A DNA stretch of 62,667 bases from a virus (Duplodnaviria > Caudoviricetes). This document shows, one piece after another, positions 29,201-39,920 of this stretch. The stretch's first letter is position 1. Every line of letters begins with the position of its first letter. A program made the position numbers and the translations under genes. The stretch lies in the IMG/VR virus record IMGVR_UViG_3300048026_000549, positions 1-62,667 of that record; one strand, 5' to 3'. A model generated the notes under the pieces. That model ran no database searches. It had not been told where the DNA came from and saw nothing but the letters and a program-made list of their open reading frames with translations.

Positions 29201-30277
29201 AATGCGGCACAAGCCACCCGTCTGCTCACACTGGGAAAAATAACAAAGGGTATTGGAATGGCACTGCTTCCAATGGCGGCTCTCGGAGGGGCTTTGCTTG
29301 CAGTCAATTATCATCAACAGAAACAAAGCGAACTTATGAGGGAGGCCAATCAAAATATGCTGGAGTACGAATCCACCATTGACCGGTTGGGCAACAGTAC
29401 AAAGGTCATTGCAGATGAGGAATTGGCAAAGGCGCTCGGTGCTGGAAGCCTTGAAACCAAAGAGATGCTTGAGAACACCGAGTTGATTGACGACGAACTC
29501 AAAATTATGACAGACAACATGCACAAGTACACTGACGCTCAACAGACTACAATAACACAAGGGATGTCCTACCTTCATATCCTCAAGGCAATTAGTGGTG
29601 AGTCCAAGACTTTGAATGACATGGCCTTCGCTGATGCAAAAATGAGAGCGAGGAAGCAACTCGAAGGAGTTAGTGGTGCTTTGGCAATGTTTTCATTCGA
29701 CCTTGTTCCGTTCCAAGATGATATGGAGAGCATGGAGGAATTGTTTGATTCATTCGATAGGGCTGGAGTTGAAGCATACAAATCGAAATACGGCAACCCC
29801 GTGGACACTATGAGGCAAAACCTAAACAACTTATTCCAAGTGATGGAGAGTGGTGTGGCGCTCACAGAAGACCAAATCATATTGTTTGACAAAGCATTCG
29901 ACAACGATGCGCTTACCGCTATGATTAGGGAGATGAACTCGCTTGTAGCAACTGACGAAAGACTGAACTTTGCTCAAGGTAAAGTGAATAACACAATGGA
30001 TGGTACAAGCGCAAGCGCCGCAAGCACAGCCAGTGAGATAGAGAACCTAACTGCTGAGATTTACAATTTCAACGGGGCTCGTGATGAACTATTCTTCGGT
30101 GGTCAGTACGGCAATGTGACTGGCTCACTGTACAAGCAAGTGGTTCAGCAAGGGGTCGGTACTTTGTACCATAAGAATGAGGTCATTATGACCACGAACT
30201 TCCACGGCTTCTTCAACGAGCAAGAAGCGGCTGACCGGATAACAAGAATAGTGACAGATGTTTTGGCATCTCAGTAA
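26288..30277 (+). CDS. Tape measure protein
   Basis: 1329 aa, helical; AGEEQGTAGRALRMMYARL TMP-like motif; late hydrophobic segments. Confidence 0.9.
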   Translation: MTRIGASQVFFNIVAQFNAEKLIKDREAINTVMKAVSIDTAEAIMKPMEDASKAIGMMVNETTLLAQELGFASIEFEKFFGSSADVDTMRDSVVELGMSFAMTGEEALAAGSRASQVANLIGRANVGVLTELAFTLAEISDLNAEEAQRGIIQLHQQTGMLFGELDQAAFKRLSLQEQQNVLVREGAEALDALNTIANRSVALEGDLVRVMGTFAAQGELVGDSFEFMAAQSAVLLEAGEEQGTAGRALRMMYARLGGDISGARTEIEALGYEFTKGDGINKQMKTMQEIMEELKSKGWDQLNPAQKQNIAQTIAGNRHYVRFIKLMENYDRALQLSADGAAGFDSALGQANKALEHQSNLLKKATNEQELLKAEIGEGLMPITTAYVQKQNQMLEVTKNLTKGTGPLGRSLGRLAANMQVLGGAVKLGLGIRTLGVGFEMFTSIQKQLHGILVANEHLHSKQANHLAFNVKASKYQTDILKGQQHIQQKINAAIENRRVVQYAMAPLIREQEPILERLVELEKQRVEHEDTLAEKATIYNMAVERRLSQQDHGANSAQHRVMMAKQEVQLQSHLVDLAKDLYMNKSSFKDDALVRQFLTDSEMVKNMTESEKKLLVERNMELKKTHTLLQRIKGENELIGALGGRDTLSGINQKSIRLERIGDTVGDMLETDRIQLAKILEQMGQYNVKQLSMKYKGISEADVRAYAVDYKEKGSLAVHLNKQFENDPIGRRSEGDIISTATAFDTLAASIKNTEKPLTVTRFEYDALMQALTRYGGKIAQTEDILNIMGEAERQELTNQFHLEDAVRAQNEARRALNGTLREELKLEVRSVELQKELAPMLAKVNDTTLEQEERYRQLGIMIDALTKKVEKKDKAMVNEYMQKSQLKFSEDTVKSIEKMQFSLVSLTTVVSGMAPQQYMAVFSMAGLASSMTKSAGAAGTAIKAFVALQVAEAKATVTTQVNTGAVQANNAAQATRLLTLGKITKGIGMALLPMAALGGALLAVNYHQQKQSELMREANQNMLEYESTIDRLGNSTKVIADEELAKALGAGSLETKEMLENTELIDDELKIMTDNMHKYTDAQQTTITQGMSYLHILKAISGESKTLNDMAFADAKMRARKQLEGVSGALAMFSFDLVPFQDDMESMEELFDSFDRAGVEAYKSKYGNPVDTMRQNLNNLFQVMESGVALTEDQIILFDKAFDNDALTAMIREMNSLVATDERLNFAQGKVNNTMDGTSASAASTASEIENLTAEIYNFNGARDELFFGGQYGNVTGSLYKQVVQQGVGTLYHKNEVIMTTNFHGFFNEQEAADRITRIVTDVLASQ

Positions 30278-30292
30278 AGCAAGGTGAAGTAA

Positions 30293-33200
30293 ATGCGAGA
30301 TGTGGACCGACGACTGACCTTTTGGATGGCTGGCTACTACGACGATTTCATCGGTGCTCGTGCAGTCCCCGACGACCAAAACATACAGGGCACTGACTGG
30401 CAGTCCTCCAAGACTCACCACGGCAACCCTATCAACGGCTGGGCGACACTCAATCCCCGCTACACCTACGCATGGTGTGAGCGAGGCGATGGTGCCACCA
30501 GTCGATTTAACAATTCCTCAGTCGCCGCCGCAGACCAATACAAACACAACGCAGGTATTCACGAGTGGCTAACCTACGACCAAAACCGCAGGGAGGCTGG
30601 CAAATACGAAGGTCTTGCTCAACTCCAATATCCCGACTCACTCTCCAACGCTAACCGCCAGCGATTCGACGGTGGCACAGGTATTATTGGTTCGGCATAT
30701 AAGGGGACTGATGTCAACGATGGCTTCCTCATGTTCTGCTACGGCTATGATACCACGAACCGATACTTCTCGGCCATCGGTACTAACGACAGTACCTTCG
30801 GTCGAGCGACCTCACGCATCCCCGACTACAACGGTGGTTCACCAAACACTCTCGACCCAACGGCTGGAATACCAACTGGTGTGTCCACACCTACTACCGC
30901 AGTTCGCACACACCTTGCTGGTGTGTACTCGGGCGAAGTCCTATTCAACGATGCTTATACCGGCAGTCTTCCTAAAGCGTACCTGTACCCCATCAAGTCC
31001 CCAGCAGGTAAGCCATTCTTGGTCACGGAAGTGTACACTTCTTCTGCCTCCTACATCCCTATCTTTTCATACGACGGTACACTCAACTCCAAAGGCGACG
31101 GTGACATATTTACCATCCGAATCCACGCCACAGCGGTTGATACATCCGCCGCTCGACTCAAGTTGAGAATTGGTTGTGAGGGTACAGCCTTCACCAGCAC
31201 CGGTAGTGGTGACACAGGCTACACCAACGCCGCCATTGAGTACGAAATCACACCAGTAGCGTATCAAGAAAGCACCTCACTATCCTACGCCAGTCCCCCG
31301 ACACTCGATTCTATTTGGGACGACTATGATTTTGTGATTGACTACACAAACAACCGATACACCCTATACAAAAATGGCACTGCTATCCTCACAAACCAAG
31401 CCATGACCAACAAGGCTGACGGGAGTGCCTTCACAGCGGCAGATATGTACGGCTGGGAGGTCGATGCTAAAAGTTGCTCTAAGAAGGCCGCTATGCTCAT
31501 TGACCGTGTTGGGCTGGTTAGACCCCTTAACGACTATCCGAGTGGCTTAGAGATGCCTCCAGCGACCTCTATGCGGTGGTCTGCCGGAGTCAACAGTGTT
31601 TCGTCACTATCACTCGACCTAATTGACGACGACCAACAACTAAAGTTGCTCTCATTCTTCAACCAATCGTCTTATGCCGACTGGTCACTTCTCATGTTCC
31701 GGGGGGACATAGCCCGCCCTGTTTGGCGAGGTAGCGTAAATGGTATGCGATACACCCAATCGGCAACTGACCGAACTCCTAAAATCACCCTTGATGCTTC
31801 CGACTATTTTAGCAACATGGACACACAACTACCTACTTGGGAACTTGGGAACAGTGGTGACGCTGACAGTACCTCAGTCGTGGCATACAACCGCAGTGAG
31901 TCGCAGAACAACCTCAACACCTACTACTTCGGGGCCTCTCGTCTTATATCGTCTAACGCTGGTCTTGGATTCAACGAAGTCGAGGACGGGTCCGGGGTAT
32001 TCCTTGCTCACAAGGATAGTCGAATGCGAAACCGCTCCGCTCACCCAATCCAAATGTACTGCAACGAGGACACCACGCTCGGACCCAACACGCCCTACGC
32101 TGATTGGGACGCCGCTTGTGTTGCTACCGATGCAACCGCTTCCGCTCAATACCGAGCACTACACTCTCGCTGGATGCTGGACCTCAAAGAATCGGCTTGG
32201 TTCAAACACATGTTTGGTCGAATCGAAAAAGACGCAATCACTACTACACTGTCCTCCAACTTCACAGTCGGTGACACAAGCATAGCCCTCACTGACTACT
32301 GTGGCAATCTGCTGAACGGTGGTAGCATTGAAATCATAGACCCCGATGGCTTTGTGGATTCTGGCGTGGTGACAAGCGCCACTAATACTACTGCCACAAC
32401 AATCGTGGCAATTGATTGGGTGGCTATTAACCAACTAACAATGAAGAGGGTGGGGGGTCTTGTCACATTCTCAGCATCTAACCCGGAATACCACGCTTTC
32501 GTGTATCTCCCAGCGTCAATAGGTGCTACCGTAGCAAATACAGTCATAACCATATCGGGGTCGAGCAACAGTAATTTGAACGGACAATGGTATGTTCGTC
32601 GGGCGCATTTGCCCGATGCAACCGGAGCACAACAACTACTTGTTAATCGCAATGGAGTCAATTGCGCTCGATTTACTATCTCGGACCCTGTGACTCGACA
32701 TCAAAATTTTGTTCCATCAGCAAATTACTCGCCAATTACGGGCCACAGCAACACATGTACTTTCCCACGAGGCAAAGTGTACACCACTAATCCCACACAA
32801 TCCTTCGCAACTCCTTCGCCCATGATAGGTCTAAACAAGGTAGTCGAAGTAGTCCCAACTGCTGGAGTCACTCAATATCAAGGGACTACGGCGGTAGCAC
32901 CAGCCACCAACTTCTTCCAGCGTGACCACGCAAGCGGCACGACCGTCAAGATTAGGGACTTCAAAGAAGACTACAAGCACATTTGGGTTATGTGGGCAGA
33001 CATGAGAAACGATGGTTCAGCCAACGCAGACGCAAACCTACGCAAGAATGACTTCGGACTACTGGCCCCATACGCATCGAACTACTCGGTATCATTGGTA
33101 TATGCTGATTCTAACACCACGACCGGTGAAGAGCGACAGGAGTTCATTGATTTGTCTATTGGTCCCGACTTGACTATGTGGTCTATGGATGCTGAAAAAG

Positions 33201-36200
33201 ACCCCATCACCGGCAACACATGGTCTTCTGCTGGCTCGGACTCATTCACACCTGCCTCATTCGCCGGTTCGGACAACACTCGATACCAAAATTGGCAAGA
33301 CAAGGCTGGGTCATTCATTATTCTCGACACATCCCCTTTCTTCAATCTAAACACACAAAGCAACGGTGGCCGCACCGGACAAATTGCCGGTGGTAGGAAA
33401 GAAGTTGGCGACTACCTCGTCGAAACCGAAGGATTCCCTGTGCTTATCGACAACTATTGGGTCAAGGCACCAACAGGACCATACAATCTCGACGAAGCAG
33501 ACTCCGACAGTTGGAACTCCAACTACAAATTCTTCAACAGCGCATTCACAACGCTCGCTGAGGACATACAGGTAGGCGACCAAGTTATCCAACTCAATGA
33601 CGATATTATCAAGTTCCCACTTGAAGACACAAACCCCACACTTGCTGGTCAAATTGTATCTCACGAGAAGAATAAAATTTTCCACTTCGCCGCAGACCTA
33701 AAAATACCAGCCAAGAACGGAATAACAGTCACTTATGTGAGCAACAACATTGTGAAATTGACAGGAACAGGTTTGAGTGGTGTCACATTCAAAGGAAATA
33801 ATTTGCGAGCAGGGCATCACATCATTATCACCAACTCCACTACTACGCCATCCATTGACGGAACCTACGAGATAATCGCTGACAATGGCGTTCGTACACT
33901 TCTTGGTTATGAACTGCAAATTGATGTGGGCGTAGCAGTGACCTCAAATGGACAATGCACATTTGATGTTGCATTCCCCACCTACATGGTTGATGCCATC
34001 AGTGATTTGGGTAAGCCAAACCCTTCCAGCACACAGCCGGGAGATTGGAATGGTGCCGCATACGGAGGTACCAGTCAATCAACAGCGCAAAGTGCCGAGG
34101 CACTTATCTTTGCCAAAGGACAGGTGTATTCGGAGGTCGCTATCAGCACTGACCCGGATGTCGAAAATTCCTACCCCGATGCAACAGTCTATGTTGGACT
34201 GGCACAGGTCTTCCCAATGCGAATGATGATGCAGGTGGATGGGTTTATCGAGAATAAGGCCAGCATGACTCACACTGACAGTGACAAGTTCCGAGTATCG
34301 TACCTCGACTCACTCACTGACAACTGGCTACAACAATCCACACTATACGGCATACCATCTCTCGCATCCATCCCCCTCACAAACAGCATGACTACAAGTC
34401 AATTGAGTGTGGCACAGGGAGGGCTTGGTGGGTATATTGCATCAACAAGTGCTACGAGTGGTACTAAGGTCATAGTAGTGGGCGACAACACGCATGAACC
34501 ACCGGAACTCCAACCCGGTGATATTATTGAGATTGTGGACAATGCTCAACTCAGTGATGCAACAGACAACTACCGAACTCGCTATGTTGTGACGGATGTA
34601 TTTTATGGGGGTAGTCCTTTCAACTTTAGAATCACAGCCGCAGGTAAGACTGCGACAGTCGGTGATGGTTATTGGAGGAAGGTTGGGCAGATTGACACCT
34701 TCGCAACGGTCAATGACTGTCGAAACACAAGCATCGCCAACATTTACTCGACTACTCAACAAGGTAGTGGGGTTGGTATCGAGGACTCATCACGCTCAGT
34801 AATGTCTTGGTTGATGGGTCGAGACTCACAGCCCTCATTCCGCCCGACATACAGCAACGGAATTGTACTGACTCGTGATAACCTACGGGTTTCTAACCTC
34901 ACAACAGAAGGCAGTACGCAGATTTCAAATGTTAGGGTGTTTTACGCCGGAGGAACATCTTATGTGGACTTCCCATCGGCAACACTCGGCACTAAACCAC
35001 GCTGGGAAATGATTCATGTCCCCAAAGTGACCTCAAGCAACGAAGCAATGGTTATCGCCAAGCAAGAGTACGCCAAGAATAGAATGGCTCCTATGTCAAT
35101 CAACGCCACCATGCTAAGATTCAACAACAATAACACTCTCGACGGACTCAACGACCTAATGCTCAGTGATGCTCGCTACGGTTATGTGGCTGACCAATCA
35201 CGCACAATCCCCCGCACATCCACGGTTGCTGGAGCGTACACCGAAGACAAAGCATGGGCTTGGTTCTCACTATGGGGCGGTAATCTCTTCCCCGGAATAC
35301 AAAACGCTCTTGATGGTCGAGATGGCGCTACTCTCAGTCACATTGGTACGCCTCTACTACTCGACTACGACGAAAATTACTACTGGTACGGTGCTAACTC
35401 AGTGTCGTATGCTATGCAGATTGTGCATATCCCAAAGGGTATGCCGAAGACCACTGATAAAACGCCGGGAGCGGGTAAATACAACGCTGACGGGCACTTG
35501 CGTATCGTGATTGATATTGAGGACGGGCAAGGTTCCTACGCTGACATCAACAATACAATCTTCCGAGTTAGACTGCTCGATTATGATTGGGATGCTGGCA
35601 TTCTCGGAGCAGTTCCTACACTACGGAGCAGTACCTCGGTCAGTGTTGCTGGCAACGGCTACTACCAACTGGCTATACCGAGCACATATTGGGCCGCACA
35701 GGACAGTACGGAGCGCATTGTCGTGTCAATCAATCACGACTACTTGGTGTCTTTGGTACGACAACGCTGTGGTACATCCAACACGCATCTAAATTCTCAC
35801 GACTGGGCTGGTGTCACCTACACTGCCGGATTCAATGTTGATAGCATCTTCCCACTCGGAGCACGAAAGTTCGGAGAGGCTGATTATTGGAACAAGAACA
35901 GTGAGTGGTACGCACCACGCCTACATATCGTGGACGACCTCAACTTCATGCCAGCGACAACGCTGACATACACCGATGCGGCGCTTGAACTGAGCAACGA
36001 AAAAATGTCAATCAAGTCACTGGATTGGGTTATCGACGGTCGAGGTACTGAGCAAGTCAATCTTAAGTTGGAGAGAGATGTGTCGAGAGCGGCCAAGAAC
36101 TTCGCATCATACATCCTACCCCGAGTGTCTCGTGGAGGACAGCAGTCTGCTGGACAAGGCAATCAAGGCGGTGGCACTGGTGGTGGTAGCGATGGTCAAT

Positions 36201-37030
36201 CGACCAGCGGTGGTACTACTGGTGGTCGAGGCGGAACAAGCGGCGGAGAGCCGAGTGGCGGCAACTGGAGAGATTGGGGAGGCTGGGGTGACGGCGGAGC
36301 GGCTCAAACAAGCAGTTCGGAACTGAACCCTAACACCACACCGGGTCGAACCAACCTACCGGACGGTCTAAGTGGGGCAATCGGAAGCGCGTTGACCACC
36401 ACTTCGTCTTCGATGGGTACACTCCTTCGCAACAGGGTCAGTGGTACTATGAACTTCAACAATGATAGCGTGACTGGTGGGTCATTTGGCGTCCTCGGAC
36501 AAACAAAGACCTCGCCACCACCAAGAGATTCGTCGGGTATCAGCGGCATAGACTCATTCATCACACCATCTTCGGGTGACGCAGTGATGGGCGAGGATGG
36601 TATGACCTTCCCCGGCGGTGGAACTGACGCAGGTTGGGCATCCCCACCTACACGATTCAATATCACGGCAAGAATCCCAGCAGGGGCTGTGAGCAAGTCG
36701 GTGAGAGTCATGGGTAGGGTCAGCATGGCTGGTGCTGGTCAAACAGCAGTGCTTCTTGTCACTGTGAACTGCAATGAATCATCACGAGTGTACGAGCGAA
36801 CAGTCAATATCACCGAGATAGAGCGAGGCAATGTAGTCTTGTTCACCGGAGATGTCGATGGCGCAGATGTAGCCAGCAACACACTGAGCATCACCATTGA
36901 AAGAAACCCAGCGACAGGCGACGACGACGCCAAATATGCGTCGGTTCAGTTGCACAATGTACAGGTTGCCACTGACAATCGTGCGGTGCAAGGCTCTTCC
37001 GAATCCTCGTCCTACTCCTACTCGGAGTGA
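30293..37030 (+). CDS. Giant tail-tip/baseplate hub-adhesin protein
   Basis: 2245 aa, T/S/G/N-rich and beta-rich, directly after TMP; Gly-rich linker near 36130-36300. Confidence 0.7.
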   Translation: MRDVDRRLTFWMAGYYDDFIGARAVPDDQNIQGTDWQSSKTHHGNPINGWATLNPRYTYAWCERGDGATSRFNNSSVAAADQYKHNAGIHEWLTYDQNRREAGKYEGLAQLQYPDSLSNANRQRFDGGTGIIGSAYKGTDVNDGFLMFCYGYDTTNRYFSAIGTNDSTFGRATSRIPDYNGGSPNTLDPTAGIPTGVSTPTTAVRTHLAGVYSGEVLFNDAYTGSLPKAYLYPIKSPAGKPFLVTEVYTSSASYIPIFSYDGTLNSKGDGDIFTIRIHATAVDTSAARLKLRIGCEGTAFTSTGSGDTGYTNAAIEYEITPVAYQESTSLSYASPPTLDSIWDDYDFVIDYTNNRYTLYKNGTAILTNQAMTNKADGSAFTAADMYGWEVDAKSCSKKAAMLIDRVGLVRPLNDYPSGLEMPPATSMRWSAGVNSVSSLSLDLIDDDQQLKLLSFFNQSSYADWSLLMFRGDIARPVWRGSVNGMRYTQSATDRTPKITLDASDYFSNMDTQLPTWELGNSGDADSTSVVAYNRSESQNNLNTYYFGASRLISSNAGLGFNEVEDGSGVFLAHKDSRMRNRSAHPIQMYCNEDTTLGPNTPYADWDAACVATDATASAQYRALHSRWMLDLKESAWFKHMFGRIEKDAITTTLSSNFTVGDTSIALTDYCGNLLNGGSIEIIDPDGFVDSGVVTSATNTTATTIVAIDWVAINQLTMKRVGGLVTFSASNPEYHAFVYLPASIGATVANTVITISGSSNSNLNGQWYVRRAHLPDATGAQQLLVNRNGVNCARFTISDPVTRHQNFVPSANYSPITGHSNTCTFPRGKVYTTNPTQSFATPSPMIGLNKVVEVVPTAGVTQYQGTTAVAPATNFFQRDHASGTTVKIRDFKEDYKHIWVMWADMRNDGSANADANLRKNDFGLLAPYASNYSVSLVYADSNTTTGEERQEFIDLSIGPDLTMWSMDAEKDPITGNTWSSAGSDSFTPASFAGSDNTRYQNWQDKAGSFIILDTSPFFNLNTQSNGGRTGQIAGGRKEVGDYLVETEGFPVLIDNYWVKAPTGPYNLDEADSDSWNSNYKFFNSAFTTLAEDIQVGDQVIQLNDDIIKFPLEDTNPTLAGQIVSHEKNKIFHFAADLKIPAKNGITVTYVSNNIVKLTGTGLSGVTFKGNNLRAGHHIIITNSTTTPSIDGTYEIIADNGVRTLLGYELQIDVGVAVTSNGQCTFDVAFPTYMVDAISDLGKPNPSSTQPGDWNGAAYGGTSQSTAQSAEALIFAKGQVYSEVAISTDPDVENSYPDATVYVGLAQVFPMRMMMQVDGFIENKASMTHTDSDKFRVSYLDSLTDNWLQQSTLYGIPSLASIPLTNSMTTSQLSVAQGGLGGYIASTSATSGTKVIVVGDNTHEPPELQPGDIIEIVDNAQLSDATDNYRTRYVVTDVFYGGSPFNFRITAAGKTATVGDGYWRKVGQIDTFATVNDCRNTSIANIYSTTQQGSGVGIEDSSRSVMSWLMGRDSQPSFRPTYSNGIVLTRDNLRVSNLTTEGSTQISNVRVFYAGGTSYVDFPSATLGTKPRWEMIHVPKVTSSNEAMVIAKQEYAKNRMAPMSINATMLRFNNNNTLDGLNDLMLSDARYGYVADQSRTIPRTSTVAGAYTEDKAWAWFSLWGGNLFPGIQNALDGRDGATLSHIGTPLLLDYDENYYWYGANSVSYAMQIVHIPKGMPKTTDKTPGAGKYNADGHLRIVIDIEDGQGSYADINNTIFRVRLLDYDWDAGILGAVPTLRSSTSVSVAGNGYYQLAIPSTYWAAQDSTERIVVSINHDYLVSLVRQRCGTSNTHLNSHDWAGVTYTAGFNVDSIFPLGARKFGEADYWNKNSEWYAPRLHIVDDLNFMPATTLTYTDAALELSNEKMSIKSLDWVIDGRGTEQVNLKLERDVSRAAKNFASYILPRVSRGGQQSAGQGNQGGGTGGGSDGQSTSGGTTGGRGGTSGGEPSGGNWRDWGGWGDGGAAQTSSSELNPNTTPGRTNLPDGLSGAIGSALTTTSSSMGTLLRNRVSGTMNFNNDSVTGGSFGVLGQTKTSPPPRDSSGISGIDSFITPSSGDAVMGEDGMTFPGGGTDAGWASPPTRFNITARIPAGAVSKSVRVMGRVSMAGAGQTAVLLVTVNCNESSRVYERTVNITEIERGNVVLFTGDVDGADVASNTLSITIERNPATGDDDAKYASVQLHNVQVATDNRAVQGSSESSSYSYSE

Positions 37031-37728
37031 CGGTCGGGTTGGTCGGGATAGCGTTCTCGCAGTGAGAGGATTGCCTTTGCTCTCTTGCGACCTATGCCGT
37101 CAATCTGCATGAGTTGGCGCTGGCTTGTCCTCGCTCTTAGAATACGAGGTAGCGACCCGAACTCAGTGAGAAGGTCGTGAGCCGCTCGCTCGGAGATACC
37201 CTCGATAGCAGTGAGAGCCGCTACTCTTGCATCCACGCCACGAACTGCTTTCTTCTGTACTTCCGGTGGTTCAGCAGTAGTGATACCACGGATTCGCAGA
37301 TTGTGGTGCATGGCGTTGAGCCAGTCAACAAAGTCGTCCATGCTCGGGACTTCCATGTACTGAATGTTGGGGAACATGACGCAGAAGGTTTGCTTGAATT
37401 TTTTTATGACCGCTTGCATTTTTTTATGCTCTCGGGCCACTGCGCCCCTGTTTCCACCACGGACATAGGGTTTCAACTTGGTGTTGTACACGACAAGCAT
37501 TGGCTTCTCGAAAGTATCGTTGAGTTCGTGCAGTTGTCCCATGATTGTACGGCTTCTACCGTGTCCCATGATTGAGTGATACAGGTCGTTAATCTCTTTG
37601 GCCTCAATGCCAATCTCACCGATGATGTAGTCGGCAGATTTCAAACGCTTGACCTTCACATGGTCGCCCATAGCAACCAGCAATTTATGTTTCAAAAGGT
37701 CATTCTCACGGTCGTCCACTACCAGCAT
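37018..37728 (-). CDS. ERCC4/XPF-family structure-specific nuclease with HhH
   Basis: VVDDRE, ADYII, IEAKEINDLYHSI, two HhH motifs (IEGIS, IDGIG). Confidence 0.9.
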   Translation of the reverse strand: MLVVDDRENDLLKHKLLVAMGDHVKVKRLKSADYIIGEIGIEAKEINDLYHSIMGHGRSRTIMGQLHELNDTFEKPMLVVYNTKLKPYVRGGNRGAVAREHKKMQAVIKKFKQTFCVMFPNIQYMEVPSMDDFVDWLNAMHHNLRIRGITTAEPPEVQKKAVRGVDARVAALTAIEGISERAAHDLLTEFGSLPRILRARTSQRQLMQIDGIGRKRAKAILSLRERYPDQPDRHSE

Positions 37729-37760
37729 CAAACCTACCAAGCACTATGCTTATATGAGGG

Positions 37761-38837
37761 TCATTGAGAGTTGGGCACCTTCGCAGTGCCGTCATAACGC
37801 CAGCACTTACCAGCACACATACCACGAGCCACGAACCAAGCACACGACGGCACACGGCTGTATCTCATGGTCGTCTTTATGCCTTTACGGGACTGTGTTG
37901 GGTTCCAGTTAGACCAACCAAGACCCTTGATGTAGTCAAAAATCTCATCTTCTATTTTCTCACGCTGTTCTTTGCTCAGTGACTCGGGATTAGCAAAGTC
38001 CCGCAGGTTGTCAGCCATGTGTTGCACGAGTGCTACACGAACATGGTGATTAGGCTTGTTCTTATGCACCTCACGGGCCAAGCAGGGCATCAGTGGTACT
38101 GTACCAGCGGTGAGGGTTTTATCGTCCAATTCAACGCTGTCTGCGAAAGAATAATCCTCGGCCTCGGGAGCGTACTTTTCAGCCCAACCTATGAAGTCAA
38201 AGTGGTTGTTCGCTGGCAAAGTGCTGTGGATGCCAAACGGATGCAGGGTGCGAGGCAAACGCTGTGGTGATTTAGGGATTACAAAGTTGTCCGGGTCTGC
38301 GGCAAAGGCATGAGCGTCGATAACCACACACCATCGTCCCCTCTTGGGGTTGTAGGTGTTAGGTATGCGAGTCATTTTTTCGGGGAAGCCTACGCCATCG
38401 AGCGTGGCAAGTCCCTTAGCCTTGCGGCGTTGGTAGTGCTCAAGACTCAATCGGTACTCCGGTCCACAGACAGATTCGTTGAACAATTGGTGGACATGAA
38501 AGCCACGCCCTGTGGCAACAAGTCGTATGTCACCGTCCAAACGCTTGATGAGTTCAGCAACATCTTGCTTGACCTGTTCGATTCCGCCTCGTTCTCCCGC
38601 ATCAAAATCCCACCATGCTCTATCAATTATTGCGTATCGGTAGTCCGGCTTGTTGTGTTCGTTTTTTCGTGCAAAGGAGTATAGGCTTGTGTAGCATGAG
38701 GTCTTACTTCTCATGTTGTCAAGGTATCGCTTGTATTGATGTTGGCTGTGGACGATTGTTCTTTTGAGGCCGATTTCCCGAGGGAAGTTCAGCAGACTCA
38801 AATATGTCCCCTCCACTTGTGTCCACATTCCTTGCAT
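37761..38837 (-). CDS. Archaeo-eukaryotic primase, PriS-PriL fusion
   Basis: WDFD, TGRGFHV, RIPNTYN; C-terminal PCL..NHHVR..PSC..C..C Fe-S ligands. Confidence 0.88.
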   Translation of the reverse strand: MQGMWTQVEGTYLSLLNFPREIGLKRTIVHSQHQYKRYLDNMRSKTSCYTSLYSFARKNEHNKPDYRYAIIDRAWWDFDAGERGGIEQVKQDVAELIKRLDGDIRLVATGRGFHVHQLFNESVCGPEYRLSLEHYQRRKAKGLATLDGVGFPEKMTRIPNTYNPKRGRWCVVIDAHAFAADPDNFVIPKSPQRLPRTLHPFGIHSTLPANNHFDFIGWAEKYAPEAEDYSFADSVELDDKTLTAGTVPLMPCLAREVHKNKPNHHVRVALVQHMADNLRDFANPESLSKEQREKIEDEIFDYIKGLGWSNWNPTQSRKGIKTTMRYSRVPSCAWFVARGMCAGKCWRYDGTAKVPNSQ

Positions 38838-38947
38838 GTGTGCACAATAAGCATCTTCTCTTCACCACCAATCTGCCCGGTCACGAGCATCATGGCGTCT
38901 GTTTGGTGGTCTTGGCTACCGCATTCCGGGCATGTTTCTTTGTTCAT
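38798..38947 (-). CDS. Small zinc-ribbon protein
   Basis: CPECGS...CKECGHKW. Confidence 0.65.
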   Translation of the reverse strand: MNKETCPECGSQDHQTDAMMLVTGQIGGEEKMLIVHTCKECGHKWRGHI

Positions 38948-38951
38948 GTTT

Positions 38952-39920
38952 TCACCATTCCTCGTCGGCAGTATATGAAGCCGTTGGGTCGCCACTCATC
39001 CCGAGAAGTTGTTCTTCACAGGACATATTGAAGTCACACCACTCAGTACAGAAGTAATCGTTCCACTTGATGTCCCACAAGAAGTTCTCTATGCCATCAA
39101 AGGTCTTGTCAAGGGACTTGTGCATGGCCGTTATGGACCGCTTCTGCACCTTCTCCAAGACAGCCATGCCTTGAAGGTCGCCAAGCCACACCTCAGTGTT
39201 CTTCTTGCCGTCGAGTTCGTGGAACAATTTGGTGTTGGTTGCCTCGGGGAACAGGTAATAAAAATACACTGCATCATCCCACCCAAGCATAGCCAACATA
39301 TAGCGGTAGTAGCACAGTTCCTTGCGAGTCTTGCTCAACTTACCACTGGTAGCCTTACCAGTCTTCAATTCAGTGATAACAAGCCCGCCATCGGGGTGAC
39401 GGTGAACACCGTCAATCATACCGACAAGCACAAAGTTCCTATCGGGCACTTTGAGAGTGTGTTTGACCTCGAACTCTTCGGGTGCGAAGTGCTCCGCTCC
39501 CCATCGCCTTAGTCTTTCTTCTTCGAGTTGAGCAAGAGCCTCCACAGAACCTTCATAGATTCGCTTTTGCTCATCATCCCACTCGGTGTGAGGTGCATAA
39601 AAATCACCATCACCCTCCCAATCGTGCATCATCAAGTCACCAAAACCTCGTTCAGTACCAGCAACCCAATTACCATAGAGATTCTCAAGTGCAGTGTGGA
39701 CTGCGGTCCCATGAACCATAAAATGATTCCTCGGCCCTCGTATCTCGGCAACATTTGACCACCAATACTTGCGTGGACAGCCAAGATAGGTCATGAAGGC
39801 TGACTTGGATAGTCGTACTGGCCAGTCGTTGTTCTTAGCCTTAAATGGGTTAGCGTGTCCGTGTTCGGGCCCGTGGATTTCAAACCACTCTTTGCTGTAT
39901 TTACTCGGTTGTTGGTTCAT
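38952..39920 (-). CDS. Cas4/RecB-like PD-(D/E)XK exonuclease
   Basis: LSKS..YLGCPRKY, GTAVH, GMIDG, ELKTG, C-terminal CTEWCDF..C. Confidence 0.9.
   Translation of the reverse strand: MNQQPSKYSKEWFEIHGPEHGHANPFKAKNNDWPVRLSKSAFMTYLGCPRKYWWSNVAEIRGPRNHFMVHGTAVHTALENLYGNWVAGTERGFGDLMMHDWEGDGDFYAPHTEWDDEQKRIYEGSVEALAQLEEERLRRWGAEHFAPEEFEVKHTLKVPDRNFVLVGMIDGVHRHPDGGLVITELKTGKATSGKLSKTRKELCYYRYMLAMLGWDDAVYFYYLFPEATNTKLFHELDGKKNTEVWLGDLQGMAVLEKVQKRSITAMHKSLDKTFDGIENFLWDIKWNDYFCTEWCDFNMSCEEQLLGMSGDPTASYTADEEW

Noticed and set aside
38952-39920. CRISPR-Cas system from the Cas4-like gene
   Set aside because: Solo nuclease in a replication operon; no cas1/cas2 or array seen.
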